64,000 nt of DNA from Candidatus Daviesbacteria bacterium (GCA_016184225.1 JACPDA010000004.1:672316-736315); one strand, 5' to 3'. Shown: positions 9,377 through 21,110, counted from the first letter of the stretch. A program made the numbers and translations. The notes: generated by a model from the sequence alone, not told the origin.

Positions 9377-9940
9377 CTAAGATGCCTTTAAAAGGCGCAG
9401 TTCCTCTAAACCTACCCTTAAAGCTTCAACATACCTTTTGTCTGTTCTACCGATGGCAGCCTCAATCTTATCTGGCTTTATAGACCGCACCAAAAATAAA
9501 ACCCGTCCCGAATTTTGAGGATCACCCAAGAGCAAAATCTCCTTCTTCAAACTCGGTCTGCCGTACACTTCAGTAGCTGTCAAGAAACTAGTTCCGCTAA
9601 GCTGACTCGGATCTACCGGTTTAGAGGGTTTAGGGAAAGATTCTTTTATCCAGGAGGGATCGGTAGACAAAACAATGGTTCTTGAGCTACCGAGTCTAGC
9701 ACCAGGACATTTCTTCCTTCTAGCTTCTTTTTCAATTATCTCCTCCATTGTTATATTAAAAACACCCCTCCCAACATGGTGAAAAGGAATAATCACGGGA
9801 CATTCTTGTCCGCTTATCGCTCCTGCCATATGCCGGACAAAATCACCCATGCGCTTAAGCGGTCCTATATTTATTGCTGTTCCCGGCGTCAAGTCGTCTA
9901 TACTGACAATTTTGCAGTAATCACGAAACTCAATTCCCAT
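9377..9940 (-). CDS. hypothetical protein (187 aa)
   Basis: Clean ORF tightly spaced with the downstream coiled-coil ORF. No family recognised from sequence. Confidence 0.4.
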   Translation of the reverse strand: MGIEFRDYCKIVSIDDLTPGTAINIGPLKRMGDFVRHMAGAISGQECPVIIPFHHVGRGVFNITMEEIIEKEARRKKCPGARLGSSRTIVLSTDPSWIKESFPKPSKPVDPSQLSGTSFLTATEVYGRPSLKKEILLLGDPQNSGRVLFLVRSIKPDKIEAAIGRTDKRYVEALRVGLEELRLLKAS

Positions 9941-10007
9941 GATGTCGGATTATACTTCCTTTTTTACACAAAATCAAACCCGTATGAGACTTATTTAGTA
10001 GAAAAAC

Positions 10008-11948
10008 CTAGCGGAAAAGGTCTAAAAGCCTGTCCAAAATGCTCCTTACTGCGGCTATACCCTGAACTGCAGGAGCAGGCTCAGTGGCCGGGGGAGCTGG
10101 TGCCGGAGCAGCCGGAGCTGGTGCCGCCTCCTGTGGGGCAGGTTGGGGAGCGGCCTGCTGCTGCTGTTGTTGCTGCTCAGGCTGCGGTGCCGGAGCAGGA
10201 ACCGACCCACTGCCTCCGGAACCACCACCAGCTGGTGGGGTATAAGAGCCGGAAGAAGGAGCAGTGTAGCTGCCGGAACCACCCCCACTTCCAGCTGGCG
10301 GGGTATAGGATCCTGAACCGGAAGTACCTGAGCACTGACATCTGCTGCCGGTCCAAGTGCAACCTCCTCTGCCACAAGCTACCTCCGGTGACTCATACGT
10401 TCCACCATAACTGCCTGGGCCCGGAGAAGAGGCATAATTCGGATATCCTCCTTGTGAGGTACCTGTCGTTTCGCTTGCTCCAGTGCACTGGCAGGATGAA
10501 TTTATCCAAGAGCAACCCTGTCGTTTCCCGCAAGCAATTGCCGGGCTATCCTTAGAAACACTTGCGCAATCACAACTTGAACCAGTCCACCGGCAACCGC
10601 CAGAAGTACAAGATGATTCCGGGTTTTGTTCTGTGAACGCCGGGGGGGTGTAGGAACGGACAGTCGCAGCGCTACACTGGCAACTTGATCCATTCCAGGA
10701 ACACCCATACCTGCCGCACTCTGCTGCCGGATCCGGTCCGACACTGCTATTGTAATAACCACCGTATCGGCCATAAGATACTTGCGAGGCCTGCTCTGCC
10801 GGAGGCCTGCACTTGTCCGGATTTGCCTTACAGAAATCCTCAAATTCCTGGCGTTTTTCCGAATTTCCAAGAATCTCCGGCGGTCGTCCCTGAGGACACT
10901 GAGCTGGATTGGTGCGGCAGTAAGCTACGTATTCTTGAGACTTTTGGACAGTTTCTTTGGTTTCGCCATAATATCCGCATGAACAGGAATTGCCTGCCCA
11001 GGAACAGTTTGGCGTCCTGTTACACATCTCCACCGGATTGTAATAGCCGCCTCCGGGGGCAATTCCCTTACCCGGATCCTCACCTTTCTTGTAACCGCAA
11101 TCCGCCGGGTTTTGCTGACAATATTTAAGACAGCTCTCAGCCGAATTGCACCCCCCCGGACCGCTGAATGTACCTCCTGAAACTTCAGTAAAACCTTTAC
11201 AAACCTGGAAATTATTGGGGTCTGAGCAAAAAGTTTTGCAAGTGCCCTCTGATTGGCAACCGCCCGGCCCCACCTTGTGCTCCCCACCCCTAAGCCCCAC
11301 CTCCTCGGCAAAAGATTTACATTTACTGGTATTATCCTGCTGAAGGCAAAAAGCCTGGCAGGAATTGGCAGAATCACAACCTAAGACTTCCTTCGCTTTG
11401 TTGATAATTTCCGCTCTGCCCGGATCATTAACCACCCCTGCCGGTATTCCCTGGGATTTGGCAAAGGAGTTACACGTATCATAATTTGCCGGTATCTCGC
11501 AAAAATTTAAACATGCTTCATAAGAATTGCATCCCAATCTTCTTTGCGCCTCCCCTAAAATTTTATCTTTTTCCAAAACAACCGGATCATCTTTGTAAAA
11601 CCCCTTTGATTTGCCGTAATTTATGCAGGTTTTTCCGTTAACCGGATCCTCACAAAAACTTCGACACTCGTAATAAGTACCACAATTTCCCAAATCGGCA
11701 ATCGGAAACTCTACCCCGTAAATTTTGGCCCTGATTTGCGGATCAGCATAATCGCCAATCTTTTGCTCAAAATCATCAATCCCGTCTCTGTTATCATCAA
11801 TAAAAGGACGCCCCTGAGCCGTGGCAGACGGAGATGAGTCTTGTGCTAAAACAGATGAAAAGGAGAGAGTTGCCAGGATGGCTATTCCCAAAAGAAGAAG
11901 CCATTTTCTAACTATATATCCGATACTTAATTTATTTGCAATCATCAT
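10008..11948 (-). CDS. secreted cysteine-rich repeat protein with Gly/Ser-rich and Pro/Ala/Gln-rich C-terminal low-complexity tail
   Basis: Signal peptide (LLLLGIAILATLSFSSVLAQ). At least 4 repeats of GCxSxxxCxxFCxxxxNxxxCxxF and at least 4 repeats of CGxxGCxWxGSxCxC. Then a (SGSYTPPAG)n tract and PAPAPQPEQQQQQQQAAPQPAPQ. Confidence 0.7.
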   Translation of the reverse strand: MMIANKLSIGYIVRKWLLLLGIAILATLSFSSVLAQDSSPSATAQGRPFIDDNRDGIDDFEQKIGDYADPQIRAKIYGVEFPIADLGNCGTYYECRSFCEDPVNGKTCINYGKSKGFYKDDPVVLEKDKILGEAQRRLGCNSYEACLNFCEIPANYDTCNSFAKSQGIPAGVVNDPGRAEIINKAKEVLGCDSANSCQAFCLQQDNTSKCKSFAEEVGLRGGEHKVGPGGCQSEGTCKTFCSDPNNFQVCKGFTEVSGGTFSGPGGCNSAESCLKYCQQNPADCGYKKGEDPGKGIAPGGGYYNPVEMCNRTPNCSWAGNSCSCGYYGETKETVQKSQEYVAYCRTNPAQCPQGRPPEILGNSEKRQEFEDFCKANPDKCRPPAEQASQVSYGRYGGYYNSSVGPDPAAECGRYGCSWNGSSCQCSAATVRSYTPPAFTEQNPESSCTSGGCRWTGSSCDCASVSKDSPAIACGKRQGCSWINSSCQCTGASETTGTSQGGYPNYASSPGPGSYGGTYESPEVACGRGGCTWTGSRCQCSGTSGSGSYTPPAGSGGGSGSYTAPSSGSYTPPAGGGSGGSGSVPAPAPQPEQQQQQQQAAPQPAPQEAAPAPAAPAPAPPATEPAPAVQGIAAVRSILDRLLDLFR

Positions 11949-12187
11949 ATGCTGTCAAATGGATTTTTGTATCCTGAAAAAGGATTGACATATTGGGCAG
12001 ATTTATCAAAGGGGTTTTTATAGCCGGTCTGCAAAGATACTGTCGGCTCTTTTGAAAGGCCGGGTAATTTAATGGAGCTTAGCGGGCTTTTGATTAATCC
12101 TTTTGAAACGAGGAAAAAAACCACTGCCCCAACAATTAAAAGCAGGATTATCGGTGCAACTAACGCAATGGCCCCTTTTTGGTTCAT
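11945..12187 (-). CDS. small membrane protein with GYKNPF repeats
   Basis: Start taken at internal Met (MNQKGAIALVAPIILLLIVGAVVFFLV), overlapping the upstream DoxX-like stop by 4 nt. One TM helix and 3 GYKNPF-like repeats. Confidence 0.45.
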   Translation of the reverse strand: MNQKGAIALVAPIILLLIVGAVVFFLVSKGLIKSPLSSIKLPGLSKEPTVSLQTGYKNPFDKSAQYVNPFSGYKNPFDSI

Positions 12188-12633
12188 GCCTTTTTCAACC
12201 CTTTCAAAACATAAAATGCCCCAATAATTTGGATAACTGCCATGAGCAGATTTAGGCTGTCCGTCGAAGCGCTGGTGTAACCAAACCCCAGCCAAAAAGT
12301 GATATTCAAAAACGCCCCAATCACCAGTCCAGCGATTAAAGCTTTACTCATTAGTTTGTGAGGACGGGGGTTTAAAAGGAGTCCAAGCGCTCCAGTCGTA
12401 ATTAAAACAGCAGACAAAAATTCCCCGGTCAAAACCAGGGTAGCGAAAACCTGGGAGTTGGGGATTACTGTCGAAGTTAAAAAATCTCTAAACCAAGGAT
12501 GAGGGTTTTTAGGCGTTACTTTAGTGAGTGTCTCGCCCAGGTCTTGGACAAAGGTTCCGCCTGAAAGTTTTCCTAAACTGCTTCTTAACCAAATTAGGCC
12601 GACAGTTAAAAGTATTAACAAGAACGGTTTCAT
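12184..12633 (-). CDS. DoxX-family-like membrane protein (4 TM helices)
   Basis: 149 aa with four hydrophobic helices and DoxX-like topology and size. Not diagnostic. Confidence 0.45.
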   Translation of the reverse strand: MKPFLLILLTVGLIWLRSSLGKLSGGTFVQDLGETLTKVTPKNPHPWFRDFLTSTVIPNSQVFATLVLTGEFLSAVLITTGALGLLLNPRPHKLMSKALIAGLVIGAFLNITFWLGFGYTSASTDSLNLLMAVIQIIGAFYVLKGLKKA

Positions 12634-12670
12634 GGCAGTAATTTAAGCGTAGAATAAAAATAAACTCCTG

Positions 12671-14503
12671 TCAAGTGACCTTTTGCCAGCGGGATACCGG
12701 GGTTTTAACCAGGCCAAATTTCTGGCCCAAACGCAGTATTAAACTAAGCAATATGTAGTAGAACCTCCCGTGGTAATGCTTGGAAGCCTCTATTAAATGC
12801 TCATTGGCTTTTTCCTGGCCAATCTTTTTAGTGGATCCCCCATGGAAGTGAATGAATTTGGCAGAAGGGACAAAATAAATCGGCACCTTAAATCGTTTTA
12901 ATCTTCTGGCATATTCTATATCTTCAAAAAAGATAAATGTCCCTTCATCCAAAAGTCCTACTTTATTGATTATCCTTTTTGGAATTAATAAACAGGCCAT
13001 CACCAATCCTTCAACCCGCAACCACCTGGAAGGTGGGCTTTGACTCCTCCCAGGTGAAATCGGTTGAAACATAAAATACGCTCCTCGACGCGCCAAAAAG
13101 TATTCCTTAAACGCCCCGGTTAGAGTAGGCAAGTGAAACGCAGAATCCTGATTGCTTAAATCGGGAAACAGCAATTTCCCGCCCACAACAGCTTTACCCT
13201 GAAAATCTTCAGCCGTATCCAATAACTTTAAAATTCCTTTTTCTAAAACTTCTATATCTGAATTAAGCATCAGGTAATACTCACCCAGGGAGTACCTGAT
13301 AGTTTTGTTATATCCTTTGGAAAAACCTTCATTTTCACTATTCTGCAGGTATTTCAATTTAGGAAGAAACTCTTTGATCTTATCTCTGCAAGGATCAATC
13401 CGGCCGTTATCTAAAACTACAACCTCCATGTCATTCCGGCGAAAGCCGGAATCCATATCAAAAATGCTTTTTAAAAGTTTCCTGGTCAACTCCGGGGTAT
13501 TGTAATTAACAATGCCAATAGAAAGCTTAATCGGGTATTCAACATTGTGCTCACCTGGAAGGTGCAAACCTATCCCACCTTCCAGGTGGACTAGATTGAC
13601 ACCTCCTCTTATCCCTAAATAAAAATCCAACACCCCTCTTCGCTGGGCAGGCCTGCCGAAAATAAACAGTTTGATGGCTTCTCTAAGTAATGCAAACTTA
13701 GTGCGGATTCTACCATACTGAATTCCGAAGATCAGTCTATTCCGTGTGTGGTAGTAATCAGTAACAACGGAACCAATTCCGGTTGATTGGGAAACCTTAT
13801 GATAAAGGCTAACCTTACTATTGTAATAAATCTTAAATCCGGCCTCCGCAACCCTTTTTGCCAGATCACTATCTTCAAAATACAAAAAGTATTTCTCATC
13901 TAATCCTCCTAATTCCTCTAAGACCTCTTTTTTAATTAAAACGCAGGCCCCCGAGAAAATCCCGGCTTCTTCTCCGCCAGCTGGCGGATCATATTGCCCC
14001 TTATCTACCTCATCAATTCCCCGGTGTAATGAGCTGATATTATCCCAGTCAAACTTACCCCCGGCAAACCAAATCACTTTGCCCAAATCCTTACTTCCAT
14101 ACCTTTCTTTGTGAAATTCAAAACCAGGGGCAAAGTAAATCTTGGGGGAGACCAGACCAATTTTTGGATCGGATTTTAAAGTCTTTACAAGTTCTAAAAT
14201 CAAATCCGGATCTTTTATTAAACAATCATTATTTATCAGCAAAAAATAATCCGCCCCCCAGGCCTTTGCATAGTCCAAACCCCTGTTGAAACCGCCCGCA
14301 TACCCCAAATTTTCTCCGGTTTGTAAAACATCCACCTCAGGGAATGCCTTATGTACAGCAGAAACACTGCCATCCGTTGATGCATTGTCCACAACAATTA
14401 CCTGTAACCTGTAACCTGTAACCTGTAACCTCTTTAAAGACTCCAGAAAATCCAGTGTATCCTGCTTGCCGTTATAGTTAAGTGTAATAATTGCTACTTT
14501 CAT
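12671..14503 (-). CDS. tandem two-domain family 2 glycosyltransferase
   Basis: Two GT-A/GT2 modules (IITLNYNGKQDTLDFLESL...VVDNASTDGS and IGIVNYNTPELTRKLLKSI...VVLDNG), each with a DxD-like region. Confidence 0.8.
   Translation of the reverse strand: MKVAIITLNYNGKQDTLDFLESLKRLQVTGYRLQVIVVDNASTDGSVSAVHKAFPEVDVLQTGENLGYAGGFNRGLDYAKAWGADYFLLINNDCLIKDPDLILELVKTLKSDPKIGLVSPKIYFAPGFEFHKERYGSKDLGKVIWFAGGKFDWDNISSLHRGIDEVDKGQYDPPAGGEEAGIFSGACVLIKKEVLEELGGLDEKYFLYFEDSDLAKRVAEAGFKIYYNSKVSLYHKVSQSTGIGSVVTDYYHTRNRLIFGIQYGRIRTKFALLREAIKLFIFGRPAQRRGVLDFYLGIRGGVNLVHLEGGIGLHLPGEHNVEYPIKLSIGIVNYNTPELTRKLLKSIFDMDSGFRRNDMEVVVLDNGRIDPCRDKIKEFLPKLKYLQNSENEGFSKGYNKTIRYSLGEYYLMLNSDIEVLEKGILKLLDTAEDFQGKAVVGGKLLFPDLSNQDSAFHLPTLTGAFKEYFLARRGAYFMFQPISPGRSQSPPSRWLRVEGLVMACLLIPKRIINKVGLLDEGTFIFFEDIEYARRLKRFKVPIYFVPSAKFIHFHGGSTKKIGQEKANEHLIEASKHYHGRFYYILLSLILRLGQKFGLVKTPVSRWQKVT
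14399..14431. repeat. heptanucleotide tandem repeat (GGTTACA/CCTGTAA) x4 inside GT2 coding sequence
   Basis: acCTGTAACCTGTAACCTGTAACCTGTAACCtc encodes RLQVTGYRLQV in the N-terminal region of the GT2 gene. The same CTGTAACC motif recurs in the trmD insertion at 39510-39577. Confidence 0.85.
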
Positions 14504-14520
14504 ATATTTAATTTCCGTAC

Positions 14521-14572
14521 GTGTCTACTTATCCCACCCCTGGGGTGGGTTAGCTTCACACAGTAGATAAAC
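14521..14572. repeat. REP-like element, family C (GTGTCTACTTATCCCACCCCTGGGGTGGGTTAGCTTCACAC)
   Basis: Hairpin CCCACCCC/GGGGTGGG plus TAGCTT tail between two GT2 genes. Near-identical copy at 39241 and related copies at 40022, 40748 and 58696. Confidence 0.7.
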
Positions 14573-15473
14573 CGTCTATATAAACCCTGGCCCTCTTAGT
14601 TTTTCCCAAAAGAGAAAAGGCAACTACCCGAAGGATCAACCCCAGAATTAAAACCACCTTAAGCAGTAGATAAAATGACTTCATATGCTTCAAAATATAG
14701 TATCTAATTCCTCTCAGTTCATTTAGAAAACTTGGGGACAAGTCAAAGTTGGTAGAAGCGCCGTGCAAATGAACTACTTCAATAGTAGGTACATACCAAG
14801 CCTTAAACCCCTTATCGGCAATCCTTTTGCACCATTCCACCTCTTCCGTATGCATAAATAGATTTTCATCAAAACCGTTGGTACCAACAAAAACCTCTCT
14901 CTTTAGCATAAAAAAAGCTCCCATTACCCAGCCAACCGGGTGAGCCTTAGAAAAATATTTTTTATCAGTAGGGTGGAAAGCGGGAACAAGCTTATTTACA
15001 AGAGGAATCTTGCTTAAACCAAAAATCCAAAAAATTATATTTAAAAAGCTTGGTAAATTTCCGGCACTTGGCTGCAACCTACTGTTTGCATACTTTAACC
15101 TAGCTCCTAAAAGATCACAATTTAAATTAACTCGAAAATAAGCCAGGGCTTTATACAAACTTTCTTCCTCCAAATAAACATCGGAATTAAGCAGCAGGAT
15201 AAAGGGATCCTTAGACTGCCGCATGGCCAGGTTATTTCCTTTGGAAAATCCCAAGTTTTCCTTTGAAGCAATCAGCTTCACCCAGGGATAATCGGATTTA
15301 ATAAACTGCGCTGACCCGTCGGAAGAACCATTATCCAAAACAACTACCTCGATATTATTTCCCAGTCTTTTCTCGCAGTATTCCTTAGCTATTCTTACTT
15401 TATCCAAACACCTACCGGTGATATCTTTTGTGTTATAGCTTAAAATGACAACTGACAAATCTAAATTATTCAT
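14556..15473 (-). CDS. family 2 glycosyltransferase
   Basis: LSVVILSYNTKDITGRCLDKV...VVLDNGSSDGS GT2 signature. Confidence 0.8.
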   Translation of the reverse strand: MNNLDLSVVILSYNTKDITGRCLDKVRIAKEYCEKRLGNNIEVVVLDNGSSDGSAQFIKSDYPWVKLIASKENLGFSKGNNLAMRQSKDPFILLLNSDVYLEEESLYKALAYFRVNLNCDLLGARLKYANSRLQPSAGNLPSFLNIIFWIFGLSKIPLVNKLVPAFHPTDKKYFSKAHPVGWVMGAFFMLKREVFVGTNGFDENLFMHTEEVEWCKRIADKGFKAWYVPTIEVVHLHGASTNFDLSPSFLNELRGIRYYILKHMKSFYLLLKVVLILGLILRVVAFSLLGKTKRARVYIDGLSTV

Positions 15474-16407
15474 AACGGAGCCCTGCCATTATTTTAAACT
15501 TCCTGTAATGTTCTAAAAGTTTTATCCCCCAAAGCACAAAATCACGGAAAACTGGTGGGTATTTTTTGTAGTAGTGTTTTTTATAAAAAATCCTCATGGC
15601 TGAGACGGCATGGGTGGCTGCATTTAGCCTGGTTTCCTTTGCCACTTCCTTGGCCGATGTTTGCCGCAGGCCGGAAGAGGAACCCTTGAAATGGATAATC
15701 TTTACCTCAGGATAATAATAAATTTTCCAGCCTTTCTCCTTTAAGGAATAACAAAATTCAATATCTTCTCCGTTAAAAAAATAGTCCTCATCCCAAAATC
15801 CGATCTGCTGCCCGGCAATTTTCCGGACCATCAGGAAACTGCCGCTGACACAGTCTATTTCATGAGATTCATCAGGATTTAAGTATGAAGCACTGTAGCC
15901 GGCAAAAATAGGGGAGCGGGGAAAGAGTTTGCTCAGGCCACTAAAGTAAGCAAAAGAATTCCAGGGGGTAGGGAAACCCCGGTGGCAGGAATAATCTAAC
16001 CTGCCGTCAGGCAGTTCCACCTTGCAACTTAAAGCCCCAATATCCGGGTCAGATAATAAGACTTCCAGGGATTTCTGAATGGCATGGCCTTTGATAATAG
16101 TATCTGGATTTAAAAATAGAATCACCGGCGCCTTGACTTTTTTGACTCCCATGTTATTACCCGCCGCAAAACCTAGATTTGAGCGATTTTCGATCAAATC
16201 TACCCTGAGCGAAGTCGAAGGGCTACCATATCTTTCTTTTACTGCTTCCACTGACCCGTCACTTGAGCCGTTATCTACCACAATTACCTGCCAGCGGTTC
16301 AGCTTACCTTTGCTCTGGAAGATTGAAGCAAGACAGTTTAAAAGTAAGTCCTTAACATTGTAATTAAGGATAACAATAGATAACTCTGGAGTTCCTCTTT
16401 CTGCCAT
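15466..16407 (-). CDS. family 2 glycosyltransferase
   Basis: LSIVILNYNVKDLLLNCLASI...VVDNGSSDGS GT2 signature. Overlaps the downstream GT2 gene by 8 nt. Confidence 0.8.
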   Translation of the reverse strand: MAERGTPELSIVILNYNVKDLLLNCLASIFQSKGKLNRWQVIVVDNGSSDGSVEAVKERYGSPSTSLRVDLIENRSNLGFAAGNNMGVKKVKAPVILFLNPDTIIKGHAIQKSLEVLLSDPDIGALSCKVELPDGRLDYSCHRGFPTPWNSFAYFSGLSKLFPRSPIFAGYSASYLNPDESHEIDCVSGSFLMVRKIAGQQIGFWDEDYFFNGEDIEFCYSLKEKGWKIYYYPEVKIIHFKGSSSGLRQTSAKEVAKETRLNAATHAVSAMRIFYKKHYYKKYPPVFRDFVLWGIKLLEHYRKFKIMAGLRYE

Positions 16408-16604
16408 GTAATTACATTGTATAACAATCAGAACCTAACCTCAAAAACTGATAAAAAGCAGCGAAGTCACAGGTAAACAAAAAATGTTGAGGATTTTGTG
16501 CAATCAGTCTCAATGATTCGAGACTTAAGGTAAACACAGAATTCTCACAAGCGAGCAAGTACATACCGTGCGAGCGATTTTTTGTACTGTGACGAGCTGA
16601 TTAC

Positions 16605-17015
16605 CTACCTTACTCTGTGGCGGCGTTTAACCCTAAGCTGGGCCAGGGATTTTTCCAGGGCAGCCATAGTTTCGGCATATTCTTCATCAGATAAAGTTTG
16701 AGATAGAGCCTGTTCAGCTCTTTTTTTAGCCTCTTCCACAACCCGCTCATCTATATCTTCTGCCAAAGTGGCCAGGTCTGTCATTACGGTTAAAGTATTA
16801 TCAGAAACCTGTAAAAATCCGTCTCCGATGGCCATAGATTCTGCCTTGCCGTTTCTTTTAATAACCAGCTCCCCAGGCTCTAGTTTGGCCATTAAATTGG
16901 CATGGTGGGGTAGTATGCCAATCTCGCCTTGTTCGGTCGAGACATTAACCTGAGAAACTTCCTCATCTAGTATCAACTTTTCCGGGGTAACAATTTTTAA
17001 GTGTAACTGAGCCAT
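16605..17015 (-). CDS. atpC: F1 ATP synthase epsilon subunit
   Basis: Start at internal Met (MAQLHLKIVTPEKLILDEEVSQVNVSTEQGEIGILPHHANL) with beta-sandwich plus C-terminal helices. The longer ORF to 17216 is an unlikely N-extension. Confidence 0.8.
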   Translation of the reverse strand: MAQLHLKIVTPEKLILDEEVSQVNVSTEQGEIGILPHHANLMAKLEPGELVIKRNGKAESMAIGDGFLQVSDNTLTVMTDLATLAEDIDERVVEEAKKRAEQALSQTLSDEEYAETMAALEKSLAQLRVKRRHRVR

Positions 17016-17054
17016 TTTTATAATATAATCGTTATAGCAATTATAACCGATACC

Positions 17055-17444
17055 ATGATGAATGACCATACTTGCGAGGCAATAATTATCACCTGCATTG
17101 ATTTTAGGTTTCAGGAATACATAAATAAATGGATTGCAGAAAATTTCCGGCCTAAAACTTTTGATAGGATAGCATTTGCCGGAGGAGTGAAAAGCCTGGA
17201 TACCATCCTGGGACAAATAGAAATTGCCTACAGATTACACCATATTACGAAAGTTATTTTAATCAACCATGAAGACTGCGGGGCTTATGGGGATCCGCCG
17301 GCTGGCGGACCGGAAAAACACACAGAAGACCTAAAAAAAGCTGCTTCCCAGATAAAACAGCACTATCCTGACTTAGCAGTAGAAACTTACTATCTCCACC
17401 TGGACAGTACCTTTCAACCTATTTCAACCCCAGGGGTTGATTAG
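17055..17444 (+). CDS. short beta-carbonic-anhydrase-like protein (divergent)
   Basis: CIDFR and HEDCGA motifs resemble the beta-CA CxDxR and HxxC zinc ligand motifs. At 129 aa it is only about two-thirds of typical length. Confidence 0.3.
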   Translation: MMNDHTCEAIIITCIDFRFQEYINKWIAENFRPKTFDRIAFAGGVKSLDTILGQIEIAYRLHHITKVILINHEDCGAYGDPPAGGPEKHTEDLKKAASQIKQHYPDLAVETYYLHLDSTFQPISTPGVD

Positions 17445-18420
17445 CTTCCAACCTCTGGATTTAACCCTTGAAAAACCACTTTCATATTCTTAATATATAA
17501 AGATATGCCTTATAGAACAGTCATTCTTGCCGCAGGGGAAATTTACCACATCTTAAATAGGGGAGTAGCCGGCCTCCCCATATTTCATTCGCCCACCAAT
17601 TATTCTAGATTTATACAACTTATGGACTATTACCGATTTGCCGACACTCCTGTAAGTTTTTCTCATTTTATGAAGGTCCCTTTTGAAGAACGAAACTTAA
17701 TTTTGGATAAATTAAAGAAACAAAATAATCTGCAGGTTGAAATTTTGGTCTTTTGTCTAATGCCTAATCATTTCCATCTGCTACTAAAACAGATCACTGA
17801 AAAAGGCATCACTAATTTTATAAGCAATGTCCAAAATGGCTATGCGAAATACATCAATATTAAGGAAGACAGAGCAGGCCCCTTGTTTCAATCAGCATTT
17901 AAAGGAGTAAGGATAGAAACTGACGAACAACTACTTCATGTATCAAGATATATTCATTTGAACCCGTCGACAGGATATTTGGTGGGAATAGAAAAGTTAA
18001 TAGAATATCCTTGGTCTTCCTTACCGGATTACCTTGAAAGCGCCAATAAAAAGTTTGCTTTTGTAAGCCCCGACTTAATTCTTAGTTTCTTTGGAAGCAG
18101 AGGAAGTAGGGGGAAATATAAAGAATTTGTTTTAAATCAAGCTGAATACCAAAGAAAATTAGCTAATATAAAACATCTGGTTTTGGAATAGAAATTATAG
18201 GAATTACCAAGGGTTTGAAGCCATTCAACACCAGGGGTTGGAAGCTATGTTACTGGTTCAAATTAAAGCCAGTGATACATAAACATCAGTGAATCACATT
18301 TGTCCCACGGCCGTGGAATATTTGAAACAACTTTAGCTTGCAACCTTTCAGGTTGCCGCACACCGTGGGATATTTGAAAACTTTAGCTTTCCACACCGGG
18401 TGTGGAATCGTAAACACTGG
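17427..18420 (+). mobile_element. REPtron-like unit 1: RAYT gene with flanking family-D REPs plus a downstream REP hairpin cluster, inserted between atpC and atpD
   Basis: CAACCCCAGGGGTTGATTAGCTTCCAACC at 17427 and CACCAGGGGTTGGAAGCTAT at 18230 flank the RAYT ORF. Hairpins CCCACGGCCGTGG, GCAACCTTTCAGGTTGC and CCACACCGGGTGTGG (each preceded by TTTAGCTT) lie at 18281-18420. Confidence 0.65.
17505..18191 (+). CDS. REP-associated tyrosine transposase (RAYT)-like HUH Y1 transposase, copy 1
   Basis: HuH motif LMPNHFHLL and a downstream catalytic Tyr context (HVSRYIHLNP). Paralogous to the ORFs at 24822, 40078 and 49509. Confidence 0.75.
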   Translation: MPYRTVILAAGEIYHILNRGVAGLPIFHSPTNYSRFIQLMDYYRFADTPVSFSHFMKVPFEERNLILDKLKKQNNLQVEILVFCLMPNHFHLLLKQITEKGITNFISNVQNGYAKYINIKEDRAGPLFQSAFKGVRIETDEQLLHVSRYIHLNPSTGYLVGIEKLIEYPWSSLPDYLESANKKFAFVSPDLILSFFGSRGSRGKYKEFVLNQAEYQRKLANIKHLVLE

Positions 18421-18462
18421 TCGGTTTGAATAAACCAGTTACATCTGGTAAAATGCCAACCT

Positions 18463-18696
18463 ATGAGCAAAGAGAGTATAGTACATTGCTTGCTTGGAAA
18501 TGGGATTTGTCCAGAGGAATGTCCTCATCATGAAGTAGCTGCCAAAGTGTCAGAAAAATTAGGAGACTCATTTGAGCCTTTTTTGTCGAGGTTAGCTATT
18601 GTATTTGGAGATGGATTTATTAAAGATATAAACGTAACTCACGTAGCCGCTGCAATGGCAAGATGCGCTCTGGAGAAACCGTTAAAAGAAGGATAG
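18463..18696 (+). CDS. small hypothetical ORF (77 aa), possibly a gene remnant
   Basis: ORF only. It lies in the insertion-disrupted gap between atpC and atpD. Confidence 0.2.
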   Translation: MSKESIVHCLLGNGICPEECPHHEVAAKVSEKLGDSFEPFLSRLAIVFGDGFIKDINVTHVAAAMARCALEKPLKEG

Positions 18697-18701
18697 ATCA
18701 A

Positions 18702-21047
<2,346 letters not shown>

Positions 21048-21066
<19 letters not shown>

Positions 21067-21110
21067 GAGTCTAGTGAATTTCTAGATTCTAGACTCTAGC
21101 GACTAGACTC
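21048..21110. repeat. REP-like element, family E (AGTCAAGAGTCTAG...CTAGACTCTAGCGACTAG)
   Basis: Imperfect palindrome in the atpG-atpA intergenic space. Related copies at 23603, 35944 and 56525. Confidence 0.75.

Noticed and set aside
9776-10555. 259-aa ORF on the + strand
   Set aside because: It lies entirely antisense to the 3' end of the 187-aa gene and the Cys-rich secreted protein gene. Its composition (Pro/Gln/Cys-rich) mirrors the complement of the GC-rich repeat region, so it is almost certainly a shadow ORF.
10008-11948. Diversity-generating retroelement target (repeat-rich Cys protein)
   Set aside because: No reverse transcriptase or template repeat was seen anywhere in the window. 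The repeats are protein-level modules, not a VR/TR pair.
16408-16604. Possible ncRNA in the 197-nt spacer between the GT2 gene and atpC
   Set aside because: No convincing conserved structure or known motif was recognisable by eye. More likely it is the atpC 3' region or the GT2 promoter region.
17016-17216. N-terminal 67-aa extension of the atpC ORF
   Set aside because: The extension (MSQDGIQAFHSSGKCYPIKS...) has no similarity to epsilon subunits. It overlaps the start of the divergent CA-like gene, and the internal Met gives a canonical 136-aa epsilon.
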